Shown here: positions 1 through 12,776 of the stretch, one piece after another
How the letters are laid out: every line of letters starts with the position of its first letter
Numbering within the stretch: the first letter of the stretch is position 1
Assembly: GCA_965113315.1 (NCBI GenBank)
Contig: OZ220375.1
Strand: one strand, 5' to 3'
DNA: 64,000 bases
Origin: Podarcis vaucheri
Lineage: Eukaryota
Made by a program: the position numbers and the translations under genes
The notes under the pieces: model-generated
Databases searched by the model: none
What the model was told of the DNA's origin: nothing
What the model saw: the letters and a program-made list of their open reading frames with translations, nothing else

Positions 1-544
1 TATTAAATTGGCTAAGATTTCTTTAATCAGATGACAGCCTAATGAAAATTGACTAATTATAATTATAAACTTGTTAAAGGATCACAAAACAGCATGGGCA
101 TTAAAGCTGGCCATGTCACAAGCAACATCCAGCAGCAGCCTGTGTCACTCACACAGTCACATTCCACATAGCAATTGCCACAGCAATTAATGTACTACCG
201 CTGGAGGGAGAGGATGTTGCAGAGGGGAAAAACTGCATTTACTTCACTGAATATTTACCCCAAGTGTGGGCAAATGGTGGCTTCTCTACAACAGGAGTGA
301 GGCCTCATGGAATGACGACGAGAGTGTGCGACATAAATGAGAAGCATTTGCACATCTGTTGTGTAAAAAATGGGTTATGTGGAGAGAAACATAGGGCACA
401 TGTGGTCCTACTGTAGGGGCCTGCTGCAGGCCATGCGCCCCAGGGAGCAGAAAGGCTTAGGATGAAAATATATGCTGAGAACTAAGGGTCTTGGAGTTGC
501 CCTTCCTGCTGCCACCACTGCTTCTTCCATTTCCCCCCACCTAC

Positions 545-705
545 CCTGTCTGCAGGTTCTGGAGTGCATCCTCCACGCTGCGCTGGTTGTACTTCCCCAT
601 ATATTCGTGCATCTCCCCATAGTTGTTCCGAATGTTTTTCTCGGTACTCCCGTTGGGAACAGTGCCAAATCTCAAAGGTGGGTAGTGATGCTGTGGTTTC
701 TGGAA
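545..705 (-). CDS. GRIN2D: GluN2D coding exon 9 (S2); gene continues left of the window
   Basis: tacag|[29 protein letters not shown]...ALQNLQTG|gtaggt. 161 nt, phase 0 to 2. Confidence 0.95.
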
Positions 706-3665
706 CTGTAGAGGGAGGTAAAGGGAAATTGGAGTGTGAAGAGTGCTTCTGCGGATCTTGCCCCGACCCCTTCCCTGCTCTCCTCCCAAATGTGAAAACT
801 GAGCAAGGATGGGAGGAGGGAGATTCTTAAATTTGCTGGTGCTACTTTTGGAGTAATGTATTGTTGTGCTCAGTTGGCTGAGAAATAAAACGGAAATTTG
901 GCTGGCATCAATTAGAACAGAGTTCACCTTCCCAAGCATTATGATTTCTGGATATGGAGAAGCACCCTGTTGTGTGTGATGGATGAGACAGACAAGCAGA
1001 GTGGTATGGATAAGAAATGGAGAGATGCATATAGTGATGGATGGGTAGGTAAATACCATGTTTATTTGAGGATGAATAAATGAGCCAACAGATTTATTTA
1101 TGAGCTTCCATTTTAATCCCCATCCTCTTTGGAGCTAAGGGTGAGGCACATGGTTTCTGCTTCCCCATTTTAGCCTCACAATAGCCCTGTGAGGTAAGTT
1201 GGAAAAACAGGCTGGATTGGGGAAGAGGATAGTCAGGAAGGGTTGATATCTGGAAGTTCTAAATTTTCCTCTGGGCATTAGGAACTGCCACAACCTGAGT
1301 GAACAAGTTTTGCTCATGCTCAGGGTTGACCTTCATGTCACACATTTTTATTAGGAAGAGCAGCTTGGGAGAGGGGGATTTAGAAGCCGCTAGAGGAAAC
1401 AGCGTATCAGCAGGGGCAGATCCAGCTCTGTGATTCTGTGTTTCCAACATGCTTTTGGATTCCCGCAGATGGAAAATTTGTGTTTTTGTGCGTGACTTGA
1501 AGCAGAAAAATGGCAGACAGAGAGGGGATTATGTACACCCTTTCCTCCTGTCCATCCTCCTGCCACTCTTATTTTCTCCTCTCCTGAACCTGCTTTTCAT
1601 TTAATAATGGCTTTGGGGGTCAGTTTCAACTCCACAGGGTGTAATCGTTCATGATGTTTAGAGTTTGAAGGGAATTCCACCCCTGTAATGTCAGATGGAC
1701 ACTGATATTGGAAGATGTGGGTGGGTGGGCGGGTGGTCTGTCCCAGCTGGTGGCAGGGGTTAGACTAAGGGCCTTGTAGTCTCCTCCTTCTCAAACAGTT
1801 CCGTGACACGATAAGAAGGCAGACAGACAGTAGTATTTGGAGATGGACGAGAAGACTAAATAGATATGAGCAAGAAACATCATGTATGATTATTGAGTTT
1901 GTCCTCTAGAATCCAGCCAAGAGACCAGTGCCCAAGCCAAGGAAAAGAAAACGAACTTTTTAGAGATTTATCTAAGGACAGGAGGGTGAGACAGGCAGTT
2001 TGGGAAATAAGACATAGAGCGAAGGGAGAAGCAGAGTGAGAAAGGAACAGTGGGATGTGGAACTCGAAGGCCATGCAAGATGAAACACCTTGAGGGTGTG
2101 TTTGTACCAGTTCCCAGGCAGCGTTGATTTTGTTTTTTGTCCTTTTTTGACCCATCTTTGCACATTTCCTATGCTTACACACACCCTCTTCAACTAATGC
2201 GCTTGTTTGTTTATTGTCAAGCTGCAGAGAGCCTTTCTTCATGATCAGTAAAGGCATAGACGAGCCCTATGTTTTCCATTTTAAAATGCTCTTACAAACA
2301 GCATTTTAGCAACAATCACATTGATTCCTGTTTGCCTGTTATGGTAAGGGGAGAAATACAGAGGATGGGGGCGACTGCAGTGGATATGCAGTACTCTGCA
2401 TGAGTTGAGCAGCAGATTAAACATAGCCTCTGCTCCCTATACCAAGTAAAATTCCTGGTAATTTTTTTTTTTTTTTGGTGGGGAGGGGGCTCAGAAGTGC
2501 ATACGATGTGATGGAAAAAAAGGGAATAGTGTAGCTCTTCTGATACTACATTGTGGCCCCTAGTGAAGAGATGCTTGTGACACTACCGCAACCAAAGTCA
2601 GAAAGGAGTCAGATGAGAAAAATGGAAAGGGGCAAGCAGGGCGGGGTGGAAAGAGGCCAGGAATGGACTCATAAATAGAAGACACAATGAACAGGTAATT
2701 CTGGGTATAGATGGATTCAGCAGTTGGCAGACAGGATTGTTGACAGAGAGGTGCACCGAGAGATCAGTGATACTGAAATAGATGGGGACACATTTAGAAG
2801 TATGAAGGGCAGAGGCAGCCTGCTTGTTCTGTTACAAGAGTCTGCTTCAAGAAGCCTGTAGATGGAGAAAAACATCTTTGGTCTGTTTTGAGCATCACAA
2901 AATTGGCTTCACACAAGAGCTCTCTGAGCAAATTCAGTCCCTCCTTGATATTCCTGGGGCAACTGGGCCTTTCGACATGGAAATGGGAAGCAAAGAAACA
3001 GCAAAAATCAAATGCATCCCAGGTTGGGGACAAAATACAGAGTGCCAGCAATGGGTGCGGGGAGGAAGAAAGGGGGAGCGATGGTTTTCTTGCAAATGGG
3101 GATAATGGAAAGAGGCTTCTAGGTGTCTAAAGCTTAGAAGCCATTAGGCAGACAAAAGCGTCTGGGGAAAGTGAGAAAAGAAGATGGGAGATTGGTAGAG
3201 ATTATCTGGAATTTGACAGAGGAATGTGTATGACAAAGCAATGGGGGGAAGAATTAATGGAAAAGAGGCAAATAGAGGTAGAAGAGAATACTGGGAAAAC
3301 CATCAGGATGGAGAGGGGAGGGGAAAACGTTTCTACAGCTAGAAACAAAACGAGAGTCTTGTAGCATTTTAAGACATGTTCATTTATTGTACAGGAAGCT
3401 TTCATAGGCTCAAACCTGCTTTGTCAGATGCACAGAATGAGGCTTTCCACTTTTGATGGCTAAATGCAGTGCCTTCTCTAATGGCAAAGTCCAGAGGGGG
3501 TCGCCGTGTTAAGTGGGTTTTTGTCCAGAGAAGTTGATGCCGCAATTAATCTGTTAGTTTTTAAGGTGTCACAAGGCTTTTGGTTGTGTTTGTTGCAACC
3601 TGATAACATGGCTCCCTCTCTTGAATTTCACAAGACTGAGGCTGCATTGCTATTTAACCTGAGAC

Positions 3666-4091
3666 TAGGGATGGGTGGCAAATATATCAGTTTTGGTTTC
3701 TCTTAGTTTCTCACTTTTCCAATCTTATGTTAGGGTTATATCAGCTGATTTTTTTATAAAAAAAAAGACCTAGTGAAAATCTGTCACCATTTTTGTGTGA
3801 ATTTCTCCTTTGATACACATTTTTATATGCAGTTTTGCCTAATATACACATTTTGGAAAACAGTTTCCCCTACTATGATGCATTTTTGTATGTTGTGTTC
3901 ATTAATATATGCATTTATATGCAAATGTTACCATTGTATATACATGTTTGTACACATTACCTTACTGGAGAACTGCAATGCAAAATGTAGGTAAGTCCGA
4001 AGGACAGCTGTGTTTCAGCTCACATACTGTTTCAGAAAATGTGAAGTTCATCTTTAAAGGTGAATTGAATCAAATTTCTCCCCCATCCCTA
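3666..4091. mobile_element. Old hAT-like non-autonomous DNA element
   Basis: TAGGGATGGG...CCCATCCCTA ends, AT-rich interior, degenerate 8-bp flanks. Confidence 0.55.
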
Positions 4092-5747
4092 CCTGGGCGT
4101 AAGGTCCAATTGAATTCAGTGGGACTTCTGAATAGATGTTACTATGATTCCACTATAGAAACACTTATTCTTTTCCTCTGCCTGGATTTTCTTCTTTTAC
4201 CCTCTCCCTCAAACTGCTCCCTACTCAGTTCGAGTTGGTTAATCTGAGCTGTTTAATATTTATCTGCGATTGTGTTTCATGTTGGACGTTAATTACGCCC
4301 ATTAATTACATCCCAGCTCGTTAGTTCTTAACGAAAGGGATTCAATTGGAGTGAGGCTGCCTTGCCACAGCTGGTCCGGTTTGTGTGGCCCCCTCCTTCC
4401 CCACAGCTGTGGTTGTTCGTCAGGGGCTAATTGTCAGGGAATAATCAGCCACGTTCTGGTTTATAAATACACACCATGCATGCTGGGCACCAGCAAAGTA
4501 TCCCAGTGGAGGGCTATGTGGAGCTACCAAGGGTATGAGTTCCACTGCTTAGGTCAGCCACCCTTTAATCTTGACCACATGCATGCATGCATGCACAGGC
4601 ACACCCACATATTTCCTGTTGCAGTTGTCTTAAGGGGAGTGTGATGGATCTGGCCTGATTGTGGGTATGTGTGGCTTTTCTGAAAGTAAACATTGCCTAC
4701 CAGAAGCCTATCAGCACAAGCAAGTGTAACATTTTAAAATTAAACAGCAATTAGGACTGAAGGTAAGAGCTAGAATCTGTTCTCAGTGCCACCGTTAGTT
4801 TCTAAAAATGATAAGTGTGCCATGAGTGCATCAACATGAATAGCTCTCCTGCTCTGCAGGTGGGTAATCTACAGGGCTCTGCTAGCACTTTTTCCAGAGG
4901 AAGAGCTATAGATTAGTGGCGGTGAGCTCATGCTAGATAATGTGAACTGTAATACGAATGCACAGACTTGGTATGTGGGTTTCAGCCAGATTCTTACTAA
5001 GAGCTCCCTAGGATTCAGAGGCTTTTCAGTGTCAGGTCTGGTACTTTGGAGTAGGAGACAAAGATGTGCAATTGCCTGCCTGCCTGCCTGTCTGATCTTC
5101 TGGCTTTGCCTTTGTTCTGGGCAGTTTCACCTTCACTGACATTTCCCCAACAGCACTATTGGCACCGAAAGCAAAACTTTCCAGTTGCTGAGTTTGCAGT
5201 GGTCACAGCCAGGTTGCTCCTCCCCAAGCAATTTAAAATAAACCTTGCAAAACCTGAGCTGCTCAGTCAAAAAAGAATGCCCTTGCAAGACTATGCAAGT
5301 GAAGTCAAGACAGCTGAGATCTAAGGCACTGCAAGCAGACACTGTAGGACCATGTGATTTGATGGAAATGTGTACAGTGAATAACAGAGGCTCAACTTTA
5401 CTCTTTTGTGTTAAAGTGTAGCAAAGGTACACATCTTTTTTATTTTAGAGTTGTTTGGTTTTGGTTTAACATGTAGCCATGATTATACACACATCTCATG
5501 GTTTTCCTTGCTTCCCTTTCATCATTTGTCAAACACTGGGGAAGCAGTGGTGGTCACTTAATTTTTTTATATTAGTGGAAATGGGGATATGTTTAATCTG
5601 GTCTGAAGGAAAACATTGTGCCTGGCATGTTGTTTTTGGTAATGGAAAAGAAAATGAAAGGGGAAATAAAACGAGAGCTGTGGCAAAGGAATGAATGGGG
5701 AATTTTGTCTGGTAGGGATAGATATGATGGGAGGGAGGGAGTGGAAC

Positions 5748-6030
5748 TTATTATTATCATTATCATTAATTAAAAATGTATAACACCCCCTCATCCAAAG
5801 ATCACAGGGCAGTTCACAACATAAAAATACAAAATGAGAACACAAAATACATAATAAAACAAAAACAGACCAATAACGCTCCTCCAACATTTAAAAGGCT
5901 ACAGAATGTTTAATCAGCCCAAGGCCTGGTTATAAAGAAACGTTTTCACCTGGCACCTAAAGATATGTAATGAAGGTGCCAGGCGAGCCTCCCTGGGAAG
6001 AGAATTCCACAAATTGGGTACTATGCCTCT
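5748..6030 (-). mobile_element. L2-like LINE 3' end (sense to GRIN2D)
   Basis: Encodes [27 protein letters not shown]-type ORF2 C-terminus, then a T-rich UTR and (TAA)n tail. A similar copy lies at about 25610-25970. Confidence 0.75.
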
Positions 6031-6066
6031 GTTTCCCCCCCTCTGGGAGCCCTCCCTTCTTCTCAC

Positions 6067-6296
6067 CTTCTGGTCGCTGAGCCCAGACACCGTGTCTACA
6101 TATTCCTCCTGTATCATAAAGGCGGCCAGATTGGCGGTGTAGCTGGCAAGGAAGATGACGGCGAAGAAGGCCCAGATCAGCACCATGATCTTGCTGGTGG
6201 TGCCCCTGGGGTTCTCCACAGGCACAGAGTTGTTGAACACCAAAGCCCAGAGCAGCCAGATGGATTTCCCAATGGTGAACTTGGAGCCTCCAGTGC
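6067..6296 (-). CDS. GRIN2D: GluN2D coding exon 8 (M2 pore loop, M3)
   Basis: [80 protein letters not shown] gate; Leu at the S/L site (2C/2D type). 230 nt, ggtag|...|gtgaga. Confidence 0.97.
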
Positions 6297-6418
6297 CTAC
6301 CAGGCAGGATGGGATGGGGGAATATGAATCAGAGTTTGAACTTTGCCATAGAGGCTGGAGCGCAACAGGCTGCACATGCTTGCCGCCCTTCCTTATCTCC
6401 ATAGGTACCCCAGTTTCA

Positions 6419-6682
<264 letters not shown>

Positions 6683-7572
6683 CTAAATCACGAGTAACAC
6701 TTTTAAAAATGGTATAATTTAAGGCCGCCTCTTTAAATTGGCTTTTCCTGAGGAGCTGTGTGAGTTGTGGTCATGTGGAGACTCTGAGATAGTCTGTCAG
6801 AATTGATTTAAGAGTATGATGCAGATGAACCCCAAAGCAGGGGGAAAAAATGGATCTACCATTATCACCATCCTTGAGGGAATAGTGGCTTTGGGAGGGT
6901 GCTACACAAGTCCCTCCATGGCAAAAAAATAAAGCTATTACTTTGATCTGAAAGATCAAAATGTCTTCCTTGAAAACTGCACATTTGTTAATGTGAGTCA
7001 ATTTGGGTGAAATTGTCTTTTCCCAGGATTTGGAAAAACCTGTCTGCTGGTACTTCCATTGTGATTCTAAGTACTGTGTTAACTGCAGTTATGTAACTCC
7101 CATTGATACATATTGGCAGCTGCCCACTTGATACCCACAAATGGGCAAGTTTTCTTTTCTTTCTCTCTCTTTCTCTGCTTATGGCTTTTCTCAGGCCATT
7201 TTCCTTCAGCCAAAGGTCATAATTTTGTATGTCCATTTTAACAATTGTTTTAAACATTTTTCTATTTTATCTATACCCCACCTTTCCAGCATAAATGGTG
7301 GGTTAAAAATGCTAAAATAAAATTGACACTAAAAAATTCAAAACTCTACCTCAGCAATAAAGCAGGTCCTTAGTGGGGCTGTTTCCCCAAGATTGGGTAC
7401 ACAACTACTTAGATCCAATAGATGACAGGATGGGGGAAGATTAGGACTTCTGACTTCTCTACTATAATGAACCCTGCTTTGAAACCAGACTACCTGGAAG
7501 ACTCCTTCCACATCTCATGCCAACGCTCCCTCCTGCTTTTTACTTTGACCCATCCCAGGGCTGGGTATTCAC

Positions 7573-7726
7573 CTAGGAAGGCAGAAGGTGAAACAGTTCC
7601 ATTGCTACGAGACACCATCACACTGATTCCTGTCTCGACAAAGGGCACAGAAAAATCTATGACTTCAGCTCTCTCCGCATTGATGGTCAGGGATCCAATC
7701 GCCATGTCAGCTCGCTTGTAATACAC
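7573..7726 (-). CDS. GRIN2D: GluN2D coding exon 6 (S1 to pre-M1)
   Basis: ctcag|[51 protein letters not shown]|gtgaat. 154 nt, phase 0 to 1. Confidence 0.96.
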
Positions 7727-8175
7727 CTGAGAGACACACACACAGAGAGATGGATAAAGTACAAATAGCCAGCAATCCTGGGTTTTCTGGAAAGGAAGGG
7801 GAGGGTCCAGTATTTCTGAGTAAACAGTGGTACCCACCCTGAGCCCTGGAGACAGGATGTAAAATTCTGTTTGCCTATCAGATCCAGGAATGGGCAGAGC
7901 CATATTGCCTAGGGCAACCCTCCCATAATCTTTGAAGCAGATTAACCCTACTATTTATGTCGGTGCACTATTCAATAGTCCTTTACTTCAAGGATACAAT
8001 CCAAACAGCCTGCAGCAGGACTTGTGGGTCCTCTCAAGTGGAGTTGAGAGTCACACATGTGTGGGTGGGAAACCAGAATTCCTGGGTTCTTTTAAGAGGA
8101 ACAAAATGCAGAGAGTCCTAAGAAGTTGTGCGTGAGCCCAGACCACCCAGTTCCTTGGGGAGGGGATGAAGTTAC

Positions 8176-8329
8176 CTCTCCAATCATGCCGTTCCACATG
8201 CCGTTGACTATCTTGCCATGCTTGCCATTGGTGACAAGATAGAGATCGTAGGTGAAACCCAGAGTTTTAGCCAGACGCTTCAGGATGTCAATGCAAAATC
8301 CTTTGCAGCAGCTCTTTACCATTTGATGG
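8176..8329 (-). CDS. GRIN2D: GluN2D coding exon 5 (S1)
   Basis: cacag|(S)[20 protein letters not shown]...[13 protein letters not shown]...WNGMIGE|gtaact. 154 nt, phase 2 to 0. Confidence 0.95.
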
Positions 8330-8400
8330 CTGTGAACAGCACAAGGAGGGAGGGAAAGGAACTCAGCAAGTGGTTTAGGAGCACTGTGGAAGGTAAACAC

Positions 8401-8527
8401 AGAGCCAGCATGACGTAGTGGTTATAGTGGACTAGGTCTGTAGCGGCCCAGGTTCAAATCCCCTGTCAGCCATGAAACTCACTTGCTGATTTTAGGCCAT
8501 TCACTAACCTACCCACACAGCAAAGCT

Positions 8528-8583
<56 letters not shown>

Positions 8584-8650
8584 AAACTATGTGTGCCACT
8601 TTGAGATCCTTGGAGGAATGGGGCAATATTAATGGGTTAAGTAATAAATA
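8401..8650 (+). mobile_element. tRNA-derived CORE/MIR-like SINE (similar at about 11281-11420, 26715-26920, 27000-27180)
   Basis: A box TAGTGGTTA, B box GGTTCAAATCC, then CAGCCATGAA.CTCACT core. Confidence 0.65.
8528..8585. repeat. (AAAG)n microsatellite
   Basis: About 14 perfect units, read directly. Confidence 0.97.
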
Positions 8651-8803
8651 AGCAAGCATGGGATTGATTGGTGCTTGGATGGGTGTCCACTGGGAGGCCT
8701 ACACAAGCCACTCTGAACTTTCCTGAGGAAGAGAAAGATCTAAATGTAAAATTGATAACACTGAATTCAGCTGTGGTAAACTTGGCCAGCATCTCAGGAA
8801 TAC

Positions 8804-9000
8804 CTGTTGGTATGGTTGAGTGGGTGGCGGCAGGGAACTGAATCACGAATGCAGGTCTTTGTGGCTGGATCAATGTTGTCGACAATAACAAAGGGCCTTT
8901 CCTCCAGTGTTGCCACCATGAGGTGCTTGTTGTCATCCACAGGTTGCAGGAATTTTCTGTAGCGTGACATGCTCAGGATTCTGCGCTCCCATCTTCCCAC
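8804..9000 (-). CDS. GRIN2D: GluN2D coding exon 4 (ATD end, linker, start of S1)
   Basis: ggcag|[40 protein letters not shown]...CIRDSVPC...|gtattc. 197 nt, phase 0 to 2. Confidence 0.95.
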
Positions 9001-10393
9001 CTGCCTCCCGGGGCATAGAGAAGAGGTTAGATACACCCCAAACCTTTCTCCAGACTCTTGCCAGCCCACCAGTGTTGGTCCCAAATTTATGCCATATTCA
9101 AGAAACTCAGTTTTGAAAGCCCCCTCCCACAACTAACATCTCCAGGATTGCACCAACTTCTGAGTCTTCACATCAGACATACTGTACATGCAAACATACA
9201 TACATAATTTAATTTGTATGCCACTTCAAACCATGCTAAGGTGGCTTACAACATGAAAGAAATACAAACTCTTGTCTTAAAAATCACATCCTCCATTCAC
9301 ATTATTCCTCTGCTTCCTACATCCATTGAGGACATCCATGACCAGCATGGAGTCAGGATATTGGGTAGCCAATACCATATCTCACATGATCTTGCCTATA
9401 TTTTGTTTATTTGATATTTATATCCCATCTTTCTCCCAAGTTGGAATACAAGGTGATAAAATACAGAGTGATAAAAACAAACTAGTTAAAATTAGTTAAA
9501 AACTAGGATATATTTTGATAGGTTAGGGAGGTGTTGCTTCACTGGGAAAATCAGTGAAGCTGGCGAGCACAAGACAGGGCTTTTTTGGTGGTGGCCCACA
9601 GCTGTGGAACTCACTTTCCAAATGGCTTACACCTTGTTCAGGCTTTTAAGGAAGCCCTCTAGACCTTTTTCTTGACTACGACCCTCAACTAAGGCTTTGA
9701 TGACTTAACCAGAGCAGCTTTCTTTAGTAGCATCATGTGCCCACATAGCTATTGTTTCTGTATCATTTCTTTTGATGTTCTTACTTTGGGAGGGCATGTG
9801 TAAAATATGCAACTTATAAATACTTTTAATTAAACAAAATTAGCCAAATAGATACCTTGTGTGAGCACTCGGTGGATGGGCTTTGCTCACAGCCAAGGGC
9901 TTAGCAATTGCCAAAATGAGATTCAGGAATGAATCCACCACCCCTGCCAGATTGGTTGCCTTTCCCTGTAGGGTTTGGCTTGATATGCTTGTGTAAGAAA
10001 TTTACATTACTTTGCTCCTCTGGCTGCTTTTTTGTTGGGCACTTGCGATCTCTGACTGTTTCATGGTGCCATCAGGACTGTGAGAGACTTTCTGTGGGGT
10101 GCTGGGATGTGAACGGCTGTGCCTTATAGCAGGGGCTTAAGACTCAGCACCCTCTCAGCTCTTTCTGTTTATAGCCCTTGGACAGTTCTCCAAACACACG
10201 CCATCACACTTGTCCCATAATTACCCCATGATAACAGTCCACCTTCCCCAAACATCAACCTTGCCACAATTCTACCAACTCACATGGACTCCGGATTACG
10301 ACCTGTCCAAACGTTTTTTCACCCCCTCCCCTTGACTCATCAACCTTCCTCCCCAACCCAACCACCTTCCCCCCAAACCTCCCTCAAACTCAC

Positions 10394-10508
10394 CACCTCC
10401 CAGGTTCGGTTTTTGCTGAGGGAGATCACAGCCAAGGATGGATTGATGAGGTACCCATCCTCATTAAAGGAGAAATCCTTCTCACCCCAGGTAACATTCA
10501 TGAAGTAC
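10394..10508 (-). CDS. GRIN2D: GluN2D coding exon 3 (ATD)
   Basis: cgcag|(R)[38 protein letters not shown]|gtgagt. 115 nt, phase 2 to 0. Confidence 0.96.
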
Positions 10509-12183
10509 CTGCGAAGAGGCATGATGGAAGCTCTTCAGTGTCAGTCTAGAGCCCACTTTCCATATGCTGCCCCCTCATTTTGCCATCCCCCTCAAGCCTG
10601 ACCCACAGGGCACTTGTCTAGTATTTCAGATGCAGCTGTGGATCAGGACTTGAAAATCGAGAAGGGAAAAGCCCTTCTGGAATCAGGCCCATTTTGAAAG
10701 GGGAGGCAGGGTATTGAGTGAGGGTGGGATGGTGTGCGAAGGTAGGTAAATATGGATGAAGTGCGGGGTGAACTGGCATTATGGGGAGATGGTAGGAAGG
10801 GATGGTATGCAATTAGTGGGAGCAGAGCCACTGAAAGAGCTGGCTGCAGGCCAGATTAAAGACATGCTGGAAGCCTATGCTATGTCAAGTTTAAAAGGCC
10901 CCATAATACTGTGTATTATTCTAACAGAAAGGACAATGAAAATAAAAGTAATAAACTTTTATATTTGCATATATAACCCGTACATAGGCAAGGTTACAAC
11001 TGAAAACTAATCATCTATCTTGCAAGAAGCCTATTTGCATATGAAATTTATTTAAATGAAAACACCTTCTGCTTTCTGACATAGCAAGAGTGGTCACACA
11101 CACACTGTTTAGTCCTTTCTAAATGGAAGAGCCAGACAACATGTGTTGTGTGTATTGTGCATGGGACATAAAAATTAAACCATTTATGGGGGTTTTTAAA
11201 GGCAGAGTCATTGAAATTGGGGGTTGTATTTGGAGACCCTCATAATGCGATGCCCTAAACGTGACCTTAACTGTAGATTAACCAGTGTGGTGTAATGGTT
11301 AGAGTGCTGGACTATAACCCGGAAGACGAAGGTTCAAATCCCCACTCAGCCATGAAGTTCACTGGCGACCTTGGGCCAATCCTTGGAATATAAAGATGGT
11401 ATATAAATGTAATGAAATAGATATATAGCTTTTGTGTAAATCCAGCACTGGCTGGATGTTGGTGCATAGGGTGAGTGGATATATAGGGATTCATGAATCC
11501 CTGGTTCCTGCTCAGATGAAGACAGAGGCTCTTACTTGAAAGTAAGGAAGAGGTGTCCTTGCAGAACTGTTGGGTGTGCAGATGCTCACTGCATAGGGGA
11601 GGATTTCCCTTTCCCCAGTGACAGCAGTGCTGCTGGGTCTTCAGTGACCAGGCTATGCCCTCCCCATCTGACTCAGGTTTCTCTACCACTAGTGGGTTGG
11701 CTAACACTCTTCCCAGATTCAATCGTTGTGCTCCTTTTCCCAGTAAGGGACATAGGAGTCCAGCTTTCTCATCTGGAGCAGCCATATCCTGGGAGAAGTA
11801 CCTGCCTCCTCCTGCCTTTGTCATCCCGCCCACCCCGGTCTCAGCCCCCTGCCATGTCACCCCCTGTTCTCTCTCTCCTCCTCATGCTCAGCCTGGCATT
11901 CCACTCCTGCGCCCAGTGGCGCATAAGGACTCATGAGAAATGGAGATAAGGAAGCAAGGTGAAAGTCAAAATGGCTGAAATGGATGTGAAGAGGAACAAG
12001 TTAGGAATGTAGGAAGCATGCTTTGAGGAACAGATTTGCAAATGAAGAAAGGAATGGGAGGGGAGGAGGGTATGGCGATAAGTCAGATCTGCTATACATC
12101 CCTTGTGGACAACAGCACTTTCTTTTGCTCTTGATTCCACCCCCCTTCCAGGCAAAATCCCCCCAGCCTCTTTCCCTGCTGAC

Positions 12184-12776
12184 CGATGCAGGTTCTCGTT
12201 GATCTGGGTGAGATTGGGTGCCCGGCAATCATTGTTGAATTTTGGAACTGAGCCGTAGACTTGGAATAGGGCCTCTGCCCCCTTGGCAATGATGGCTACA
12301 CCATTTTGAACCCTGTGGTAGAGATCATCTTTCCATCCTGCTGAAAGCACCATGAAGAGACCCTCGGGCAGTTCCTCCGGCATGTACTCAGTTCTACCAA
12401 AGTTGGCACCTGCCATGAACCAGATATACCCGGGGCCTGTGAGCTTCACTTCACGGGCTGCACGGAAGATGCTTTCTGCTTCTTCACGGGAGCAGTAGAG
12501 AAGGCAGATGCGGGCATTTATTTCCCGGAGCTGGCGTTTGAGGCGGGCCCCGTCTGGGTCATCAGTGAGATTAAGGGTCACAGTGCTGCGGCGCTCCCAA
12601 CCAATGAAACTGCTGTCAGTGAGGACCTCAATGTAATCTACAAAGTCTTCATAGCCGGGAAACAGTGTCGTGATGACAGCAAATGCCGTCCAATCGTACT
12701 GTTCCAGGACCTCAAACATCACTTGCAATTGCTGTTTGGTCGAAGAACCTAATTGTAGAAAGGTTGATCCTTTCTC
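12184..12776 (-). CDS. GRIN2D: GluN2D coding exon 2 (ATD)
   Basis: ccag|EKGSTFLQLGSST...YDW...SAGWKDDL...NENLHR|gtcagc. 593 nt, phase 0 to 2. Confidence 0.96.

Noticed and set aside
2350-3350. Long purine-skewed stretch as a hidden gene or array
   Set aside because: Low-complexity GA-rich intron sequence with no periodic unit or credible ORF.
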